A stretch of DNA of 64,000 nt from Eledone cirrhosa (Eukaryota), in contig OZ024740.1 in assembly GCA_964016885.1 (NCBI GenBank), positions 295,306,001-295,370,000 of the forward strand. The letters are read 5' to 3'. The stretch's first letter is position 1. Each line of letters starts with the position of its first letter. Below, in pieces: positions 1 to 9,628 of this stretch. The translations under genes and the position numbers were made by a program. Under the pieces are notes generated by a model. That model was not told the origin of the DNA. It did not search any database and saw nothing but the letters and a program-made list of their open reading frames with translations.

Positions 1-950
1 TGGATCCCCCAAATAAAAAATTGATCACCCAAATAAAAAATGGATCACCGAAATAAAAAATGGATCCCCCAAATAAAAAATGGTTCACCCAAATAAAAAA
101 TGGATCACCCAAATAAAAAATGGATCCCCTAAATAAAAAAAGGATCACCCAAATCAAAAATGGATCACCCAAATAAAAAATGGATCCCCCAAATAAAAAA
201 TGGATCACCCAAATAAAAAATGGATCCCCAAATAAAAATGGATCACCCAAATAAAAAATGGATCACCCAAATAAAAGATGAATCACCCAAATAAAAAATG
301 GATCACCCAAATAAAAAATGGATCCCCCAAATAAAAAAGTGATCACCCAAATAAAAAATGGATCCCTTTTTTATTTAGCGGATCCATTTTTTATTTCGGG
401 GATCCATTTTTTATTTGGGTGATCCATTTTTTATTTGGGGTATCCATTTTTTATTTGGGTGATCCATTTTTTATTTGGGGGATCCATTTTTTATTTGGGT
501 GATCCATTTTTTATTTGGGTGATCCATTTTTTATTTGGGGGATCCATTTTTTATTTGGGTGATCCATTTTTTATTTGGTGGATCCATTTTTTATTTGGGG
601 GATCCATTTTTTATTTGGGTGATCCATTTTTTATTTGGGTGATCCATTTTTTATTTGGGGGATCTATTTTTTATTTGGGTGATCAATTTTTTATTTGGGT
701 GATCCATTTTTTATTTGGTGATCCATTTTTTATTTGGGGGAACCATTTTTTATTTGGGTGATCCATTTTTTATTTGGGTGATCCATTTTTTATTTGGGGT
801 ATCCATTTTTAATTTGGGTGATCCATTTTTTATTTGGGTGATCCATTTTTTATTTGAGGGATACATTTTTTATTTGGGGGATCCATTTTTTATTTGATGG
901 ATCTCCCAAATAAAAAATGGATCACCGAAATAAAAAATGGATCACCCAAA
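1..950. repeat. SatA 20-bp array (forward/reverse/forward)
   Basis: TGGATC(A/C)CCCAAATAAAAAA tandem; orientation switches near 362 and 900. Confidence 0.95.
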
Positions 951-1854
951 CTAATGCTGAAATTTTCTGGAAAAAATGACGATATTTTCTGGAAAAAATG
1001 ACGAAATTTTCAGCAAAAATGACGAAATTTTCTGGAAAAATTGACGAAAAATTCTGGATAAATTGACGAAATATTCGTGAAAAAACGTCGAAATTTTCGG
1101 CAAAAATTGTTGAAATTTTCGGCTGAAACTGACGAAATTTTCGGGAAAAAATGACGAAATTTCCGGCAAAAATTTACGAAATTTTCATGAAAAAATGCTG
1201 AAATTTTCTGTAAAAAATGACGAAATTTTTAGCAAAAATGACGAAATTTTCTGGAAGAATTGACGAAATATCCTGGATAAATTGACGAAATATTCGGTAA
1301 AAAATGTCGAAATTTTTTTGAAAAAATGACGTAATTATCGGCAAAAAATTATGAAATTTTCGGGAAAAAACGTCGAAATTTTCGGCTGAAACTAACGAAA
1401 TTTTCGGGAAAAAATGATGAAATTTTTGGCAAAAATTAACTAAATTTTCCGGAAAAAATGACGAAATATTCGGCAAAAAATGACGAAATTTTCGTGAAAA
1501 AATGCCGAAATTTTTCCGCGAAAATTGACTAAATTTTCTGTAAAAAATGCCGAAATTTTAGGGGAAAAAATGATGAAATTTTCGGCAAAAATTGACGACA
1601 TTTTCGGGAAAAAATGACGAAAGTTTCGGGAAAAAATGCCTAAATTTTCGGGAAAAAAGGACGAAATTTTCGGTAAAAAGTGACGAAATTTTCGGCAAAA
1701 ATTGACGAAATTTTCGGGAAAAAATGCCGAAATTTTAGGGGAAAAATGAAAAAAATTTCGGCCAAAATGACGAAATTTTAGGAAAAAAACGACGAAATTT
1801 TCGTGAAAAAATGCCCAAATGTTCGGCAAAAAATGACGAAATTTTCGGCAAAAA
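951..1854 (+). repeat. SatB 22-bp array, block 1 (904 bp)
   Basis: TGACGAAATTTTCGG(C/G)AAAAA(A/T) tandem; starts CTAATGCTGAAATTTTC. Confidence 0.95.
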
Positions 1855-1935
1855 TTAGGAGGTAGAATCTTAGGGGGTAGAACCTTAGGAGGTAAAACCT
1901 TAGGAGGTAGAACCAAGGGGTAGAACCTTAGGGGG
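1855..1935 (+). repeat. SatC G-rich 15-bp linker L1
   Basis: TTAGGAGGTAGAATC TTAGGGGGTAGAACC TTAGGAGGTAAAACC TTAGGAGGTAGAACC AAGGGGTAGAACC TTAGGGGG. Confidence 0.95.
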
Positions 1936-3362
1936 AATCCATTTTTTATTTCCGTGATCCATTTTCTATTTGGGGGATCCATTTTTTATTTCGGTGATCC
2001 ATTTTTTATTTGGGTGATCCATTTTTTATTTGATGGATCTCCCAAATAAAAAATGGATCACCCAAATAAAAAATGGATCCCCCAAATAAAAAATGGATCA
2101 CCCAAATAAAAAATGGATCACCCAAATAAAAACGTGATCCTCCAAATAAAAAATGGATCACCCAAATAGAAAATGGATCCCCCAAATAAAAAATGGATCA
2201 CCCAAATAAAAACTGGATCCCCCAAATAAAAAATGGATCCCCCAAATAAAAAATTGATCACCCAAACAAAAAATGGATCGCCCAAATAAAAAATGGATCC
2301 AAAAAATTAAAAATGGATCACCCAAATAAAAAATGGATCACCCAAATAAAAAATGGATACCCCAAATAAAAAATGGATCACCCAAATAAAAAATGGACCC
2401 CCAAATAAAAAATGGATCACCCAAATTAAAAATGGATCACCCAAATAAAAAATGGATCGCCCAAATAAAAAATGGATCGCCCAAATAAAAAATGGATCAC
2501 CCAAATAAAAAATGGATCCCCCAAATAAAAAATGGATCACCCAAATAAAAAATGGATCACCGAAATAAAAAATGGATCCCCCAAATAAAAAATGGATCAC
2601 CCAAATAAAAAATGGATCCCCCAAATGAAAAATGGATCACCGAAATAAAAAATGGATCAGCCAAATAAAAAATGAATCACCCAAATAAAAAATGGATCAC
2701 CCAAATAAAAAATGGATCCCGCAAATAAAAAATGGATCACCCAAATAAAAAATGGATCCCTTTTTTATTTAGCGGATCCATTTTTTATTTGGGGGATCCA
2801 TTTTTTATTTGGGTGATCCATTTTTTATTTGGGTGATCCATTTTTCATTTGGGGGATCCATTTTTTATTTGGGTGATCCATTTTTTATTTGGGGGATCCA
2901 TTTTTTATTTCGGTGATCCATTTTTTATTTGGGTGATCCATTTTTTATTTGGGGGATCCGTTTTTTATTTGGGTGATCCATTTTTTATTTGGTGGATCCA
3001 TTTTTTATTTGGGGGATCCATTTTTTATTTGGGTGATCCATTTTTTATTTGGGTGATTCATTTTTTATTTGGGGGATCTATTTTTTATTTGGGTGATCAA
3101 TTTTTTATTTCGGTGATCCATTTTTTATTTGGTGATCTATTTTTTATTTGGGGGAACCATTTTTTATTTGGGTGATCCATTTTTATTTGGGTGATCCATT
3201 TTTTATTTGGGTTATCCATTTTTAATTTGGGTGATCCATTTTTTATTTGGGTGATCCATTTTTTATTTGAGGGATACATTTTTATTTGGGGGATCCATTT
3301 TTTATTTGATGGATCTCCCAAATAAAAAATGGATCACCCAAATAAAAAATGGATCACCCAAA
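1936..3362. repeat. SatA 20-bp array with inversions
   Basis: Switches near 2036, 2757 and 3313. Confidence 0.95.
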
Positions 3363-4750
3363 TTAATGCTGAAATTTTCTGGAAAAAATGACGAAATTTT
3401 CTGGAAAAAATGACGAAATTTTCAGCAAAAATGACGAAATTTTCTGGAAAAATTGGCGAAATATTCTGGATAAAGTGACGAAATATTCGTGAAAAAATGT
3501 CGAAATTTTTTGGAAAAAATGACGAAATTGTCGTCAAAAAATGACGAAATTTTCGGGAAATATTGACGAAATTTTCTGTGAAGAATGCCGAGATTTTCGG
3601 GAAAAAAGGTCGAAATTTTCGGCAAAAACTGTTGAAATTTTCGGCAAAAATTGTTGAAATTTTCGGCTGAAACTGACGAAATTTTCGGGAAAAAATGACG
3701 AACTTTCCGGCAAAAATTTACGAAATTTTCATGAAAAAATGATGAAATTTTCTGTAAAAATTGACGAAAGTTTCGGGAAAAAATGCTGAAATTTTCTGGA
3801 AAAAATGACGAAATTTTCTGGAAAAATTGACGAAATATCCTGGATAAATTGACGAAATATTCGGTAAAAAATGTCGAATTTTTTTGAAAAAAATGACGAA
3901 ACTATCGGCAAAAAATGATGAAATTTTCGGGAAAAATTGACGAAATTTTCTTTGATAAATGCCGAAATTTTCGGGAAAAAACGTCGAAATTTTCGGCTGA
4001 AACTGACGAAATTTTCGGGAAAAAATGATGAAACTTTGGGCAAAAATTGACTAAATTTTCCGGAAAAAATGACGAAATATTCGGCAAAAAATGACGAAAT
4101 TTTCGTGAAAAAATGCCGAAATTTTCCGCAAAAATTGACTAAAATTTCGGGAAAAATTGACGAAATTTTCGGGAAAAAATGCCGAAACTTTAGGGAAAAA
4201 AATGATGAGATTTTCGGCAAAAATTGACTACATTTTCGGGAAAAAATGACGAAAGTTTCGGCAAAAAGTGACGAAATTTTCTTGAAAAAATGCCGAAATT
4301 TTCGGCAAAAAATGACAAAATTTTCGTGAAAAAATGCCGAAATTTTCCGCAAAAATTGACTAAATTTTCTGTAAAAATTGACGAAATTTTCGGTAAAAAA
4401 TGAGGAATTTTTAGGCAAAAATTGACGAAATTTTAGGGGAGAAATGAAAATATTTTCGGCAAAAATTGACGACATTTTCGGGAAAAAATGACGAAAGTTT
4501 CGGGAAAAAATGCCTAAATTTTCGGGAAAACAGGACGAAATTTTCGGTAAAAAGTGACGAAATTTTCGGCAAAAATTGACGAAATTTTCGGCAGAATTTG
4601 ACGAAATTTTCGGGAAAAAACGCCGAAATTTTCGGGGAAAAATGAAAAAGTTTTCGGCCAAAATGACGAAATTTTCGGGAAAAAACGAGGAAATTTTCGT
4701 GAAAAAATGCCCAAATGTTCAGCAAAAAATGACGAAATTTTCGGCAAAAA
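3363..4750 (+). repeat. SatB block 2 (1388 bp)
   Basis: 22-bp tandem with TTAATGCTG start. Confidence 0.95.
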
Positions 4751-4831
4751 TTAGGAGGTAGAATCTTAGGGGGTAGAACCTTAGGTGGTAAAACCTTACG
4801 AGGTAGAACCAAGGGGTAGAAGCTTAGGGGG
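4751..4831 (+). repeat. SatC linker L2
   Basis: 15-bp TTAGG units; GGTGGT, TTACGAGG and AAGCTT variants. Confidence 0.95.
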
Positions 4832-7800
4832 AATCCATTTTTTATTTCGGTGATCCATTTTCTATTTGGGGGATCCATTTTTTATTTCGGTGATCCATTT
4901 TTTATTTGGGTGATCCATTTTTTATTTGATGGATCTCCCAAATAAAAAATGGATCACCCAAATAAAAAATGGATCCCCCAAATAAAAAATGGATCACCCA
5001 AATAAAAAATGGATCACCCAAATAAAAACTTGATCCTCCAAATAAAAAATGGATCACCCAAATAAAAAATGGATCCCCCAAATAAAAAATGGATCCCCCA
5101 AATAAAAAATGGATCCCCCAAATAAAAAATGGATCACCCAAATAAAAACTGGATCCCCCAAATAAAAAATGGATCCCCCAAATAAAAAATTGATCACCCA
5201 AATAAAAAATGGATCGCCCAAATAAAAAATGGATCCAAAAAATTAAAAATGGATCCCCCAAATAAAAAATGGATCCCCCAAATAAAAAATGGATCCCCCA
5301 AATAAAAAATGGATCACCCAAATTAAAAATTGATCACCCAAATAAAAAATGGATCGCCCAAATAAAAAATGGATCGCCCAAATAAAAAATGGATCACCCA
5401 AATAAAAAATGGATCACCCAAATAAAAAATGGATCCCCCAAATAAAAAATAGATCCCCCAAATAAAAAATGGATCACCCAAATAAAAAATGTATCCCCCA
5501 AATAAAAAATGGATCCCCCAAATAAAAAATGGATCACCCTAATAAAAAATGGATCCCCCCAAATAAAAAATGGATCACCCAAATAAAAAATGGACCCTTT
5601 TTTATTTGGGGGATCCATTTTTTATTTGGGTGATCCATTTTTTATTTGGGTGATCAATTTTTTATTTGGGGTATCCATTTTTTATTTGGGTGATCCATTT
5701 ATTATTGGGTGATCCATTTTTTATTTGAGGGATCCATTTTTAATTTGGGTGATACATTTTTTATTTGGGTGATCCATTTTTTATTTGGGGGATCCATTTT
5801 TTTTTTGGTGGATCCATTTTTTATTTGGGTGATCCATTTTTTATTTGGGTGATTCATTTTTTATTTGGGGGATCCATTTTTTATTTGGGTGATCCATTTT
5901 TTATTTGGGGGATACATTTTTTATTTGGTGGATCCATTTTTTATTTGGGTGATCCATTTTTTATTGGGTGATCCATTTTTATTTGGGTGATCCATTTTTT
6001 ATTTGGGTGATCCATTTTTTTATTTGGTGATCCATTTTTTATTTGGGTGATCCATTTTTTATTTGGGGGATCCATTTTTTATTTGGTGGATCCATTTTTT
6101 ATTTGGGTCATCCATTTTTTATTTGGGTGATCCATTTTTTTATTTGGGGGTCCATTTTTTATTTGGGTGATCCATTTTTTATTTGGGGGGTCCATTTTTT
6201 ATTTGGGTGATCCATTTTTTATTTGGGTGATCCATTTTTTATTTGGTTGATCCATTTTTTATTTAGGGGTATCCATTTTTAATTTGGGTGATCCATTTTT
6301 TATTTGGGTGATCCATTTTTATTTGAGGGATCCTTTTTTTATTTGGGGGATCCATTTTTTATTTGATGGATCTCCCAAATAAAAAAATGGATCACCCAAA
6401 TAAAAAATAGATCCCCCCAAATAAAAAATGGATCACCCAAATAAAAAAAGTATCCCCCAAATAAAAAATGGATCCCCCAAATAAAAAATGGATCACCCTA
6501 ATAAAAAATGGATCCCATCAAATAAAAAATGGATCACCCAAATAAAAAATGGATCCCTTTTTTATTTGGGGGATCCATTTTTTATTTGGGTGATCCATTT
6601 TTTATTTGGGTGATCAATTTTTTATTTGGGGTATCTATTTTTTTATTTGGGTGATCCATTTATTATTTGGGTGATCCATTTTTTATTTGAGGGATCCATT
6701 TTTAATTTGGGTGATCCATTTTTTATTTGGGTGATCGATTTTTTATTTGGGGGATCCATTTTTTATTTGGGTGATCCATTTTTTATTTGGGTGATCCATT
6801 TTTTATTTGGGTGATCCATTTTTTATTTGGGTGATCCATTTTTTATTTGGGGGATCCATTTTTTATTTGGTGGATCCATTTTTTATTTGGGTGATCCATT
6901 TTTTATTTGGGTGATCCATTTTTTATTTGGGGGTCCATTTTTTATTTGGGTGATTCATTTTTTATTTGGGTGATCCATTTTTTATTTGGTTGATCCATTT
7001 TTTATTAGGGGTATCCATTTTTAATTTGGGTGATCCATTTTTTATTTGGGTGATCCATTTCTTATTTGAGGGATCCTTTTTTTATTTGGGGGATCCATTT
7101 TTTATTTGATGGATCTCCCAAATAATAAATGGATCACCCAAATAAAAAATGGATCCCTCAAATAAAAAATGGATCACCCAAATAAAAAATGGATCCCCCA
7201 AATAAAAAATTGATCACCCAAATAAAAAATGGATCACCCAAATAAAAAATGGATCCCCCAAATAAAAAATGGTTCACCCAAATAAAAAATGGATCACCCA
7301 AATAAAAAATGGATCCCCTAAATAAATAATGGATCACCCAAATCAAAAATGGATCACCCAAATAAAAAATGGATCCCCCAAATAAAAAATGGATCACCCA
7401 AATAAAAAATGGATCCCCCAAATGAAAAATGGATCACCGAAATAAAAAATGGATCAGCCAAATAAAAAATGAATCACCCAAATAAAAAATGGATCACCCA
7501 AATAAAAAATGGATCCCGCAAATAAAAAATGGATCACCCAAATAAAAAATGGATCCCTTTTTTATTTAGCGGATCCATTTATTATTTGGGGGATCCATTT
7601 TTTATTTGGGTGATCCATTTTTTATTTGGGTGATCCATTTTTCATTTGGGGGATCCATTTTTTATTTGGGTGATCCATTTTTTATTTGGGGGATCCATTT
7701 TTTATTTCGGTGATCCATTTTTTATTTGGGTGATCCATTTTTTATTTGGGGGATCCGTTTTTTATTTGGGTGATCCATTTTTTATTTGGTGGATCCATTT

Positions 7801-8159
7801 TTTATTTGGGGGATCCATTTTTTATTTGGGTGATCCATTTTTTATTTGGGTGATTCATTTTTTATTTGGGGGATCTATTTTTTATTTGGGTGATCAATTT
7901 TTTATTTCGGTGATCCATTTTTTATTTGGTGATCTATTTTTTATTTGGGGGAACCATTTTTTATTTGGGTGATCCATTTTTATTTGGGTGATCCATTTTT
8001 TATTTGGGTTATCCATTTTTAATTTGGGTGATCCATTTTTTATTTGGGTGATCCATTTTTTATTTGAGGGATACATTTTTATTTGGGGGATCCATTTTTT
8101 ATTTGATGGATCTCCCAAATAAAAAATGGATCACCCAAATAAAAAATGGATCACCCAAA
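4832..8159. repeat. SatA array with multiple inversions
   Basis: Switches near 4933, 5594, 6370, 6553, 7113, 7553 and 8110. Confidence 0.95.
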
Positions 8160-9547
8160 TTAATGCTGAAATTTTCTGGAAAAAATGACGAAATTTTCTG
8201 GAAAAAATGACGAAATTTTCAGCAAAAATGACGAAATTTTCTGGAAAAATTGGCGAAATATTCTGGATAAAGTGACGAAATATTCGTGAAAAAATGTCGA
8301 AATTTTTTGGAAAAAATGACGAAATTGTCGTCAAAAAATGACGAAATTTTCGGGAAATATTGACGAAATTTTCTGTGAAGAATGCCGAGATTTTCGGGAA
8401 AAAAGGTCGAAATTTTCGGCAAAAACTGTTGAAATTTTCGGCAAAAATTGTTGAAATTTTCGGCTGAAACTGACGAAATTTTCGGGAAAAAATGACGAAC
8501 TTTCCGGCAAAAATTTACGAAATTTTCATGAAAAAATGATGAAATTTTCTGTAAAAATTGACGAAAGTTTCGGGAAAAAATGCTGAAATTTTCTGGAAAA
8601 AATGACGAAATTTTCTGGAAAAATTGACGAAATATCCTGGATAAATTGACGAAATATTCGGTAAAAAATGTCGAAATTTTTTTGAAAAAATGACGAAACT
8701 ATCGGCAAAAAATGATGAAATTTTCGGGAAAAATTGACGAAATTTTCTTTGATAAATGCCGAAATTTTCGGGAAAAAACGTCGAAATTTTCGGCTGAAAC
8801 TGACGAAATTTTCGGGAAAAAATGATGAAACTTTGGGCAAAAATTGACTAAATTTTCCGGAAAAAATGACGAAATATTCGGCAAAAAATGACGAAATTTT
8901 CGTGAAAAAATGCCGAAATTTTCCGCAAAAATTGACTAAAATTTCGGGAAAAATTGACGAAATTTTCGGGAAAAAATGCCGAAACTTTAGGGAAAAAAAT
9001 GATGAGATTTTCGGCAAAAATTGACTACATTTTCGGGAAAAAATGACGAAAGTTTCGGCAAAAAGTGACGAAATTTTCTTGAAAAAATGCCGAAATTTTC
9101 GGCAAAAAATGACAAAATTTTCGTGAAAAAATGCCGAAATTTTCCGCAAAAATTGACTAAATTTTCTGTAAAAATTGACGAAATTTTCGGTAAAAAATGA
9201 GGAATTTTTAGGCAAAAATTGACGAAATTTTAGGGGAGAAATGAAAATATTTTCGGCAAAAATTGACGACATTTTCGGGAAAAAATGACGAAAGTTTCGG
9301 GAAAAAATGCCTAAATTTTCGGGAAAACAGGACGAAATTTTCGGTAAAAAGTGACGAAATTTTCGGCAAAAATTGACGAAATTTTCGGCAGAATTTGACG
9401 AAATTTTCGGGAAAAAACGCCGAAATTTTCGGGGAAAAATGAAAAAGTTTTCGGCCAAAATGACGAAATTTTCGGGAAAAAACGAGGAAATTTTCGTGAA
9501 AAAATGCCCAAATGTTCAGCAAAAAATGACGAAATTTTCGGCAAAAA
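8160..9547 (+). repeat. SatB block 3 (copy of block 2)
   Basis: 22-bp tandem, near-identical to 3363-4750. Confidence 0.95.
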
Positions 9548-9628
9548 AGAGGAGGTAGAATCTTAGGGGGTAGAACCTTAGGTGGTAAAACCTTACGAGG
9601 TAGAACCAAGGGGTAGAAGCTTAGGGGG
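9548..9628 (+). repeat. SatC linker L3
   Basis: As L2, but the first TTAGG reads AGAGG. Confidence 0.93.

Noticed and set aside
435-761. Hydrophobic GDPFFIWVIHFLFGGSIFYL-repeat ORFs resembling membrane proteins
   Set aside because: Translation of the 20-bp repeat (60-bp, 20-aa cycle). They appear on both strands following array orientation, mostly from TTG starts, and end whenever TGA of GGTGATCC falls in frame.
1-950. AATAAA polyadenylation signals, and Dam/oriC-like GATC clusters or iterons in SatA
   Set aside because: These are incidental parts of the monomer repeated about two thousand times. There are no genes, DnaA boxes or rep gene, and the scale does not fit a replication origin.
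951-1854. Heat-shock-element-like TTCnnGAA motifs throughout SatB
   Set aside because: The upstream GAA is spaced by 3 nt (GAAATTTTC), not the 2 nt needed for a three-unit nGAAn array, and there is no adjacent gene. Unsupported without ChIP data.
1855-1935. Canonical telomere tract, or Shine-Dalgarno (AGGAGG) sites in the linker
   Set aside because: TTAGG motifs are separated by 10-bp spacers rather than forming contiguous (TTAGG)n. AGGAGG is not followed by any credible gene and the context is not prokaryote-like.
3363-4753. TTAA/TTA at SatB borders as piggyBac or PIF-Harbinger target-site duplications with terminal inverted repeats
   Set aside because: The right end reads TTAG, and the left end varies (CTAA, CTTA). 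TTA is explained by monomer ends, the apparent inverted termini reflect SatB's own quasi-palindromy, and the flanks (SatA versus SatC) do not rejoin into an empty site.
5690-6660. Cluster of 19-bp and 21-bp monomers
   Set aside because: These are 1-bp homopolymer indels mostly absent from the duplicate copy at about +4797, so they are most likely sequencing or consensus errors.
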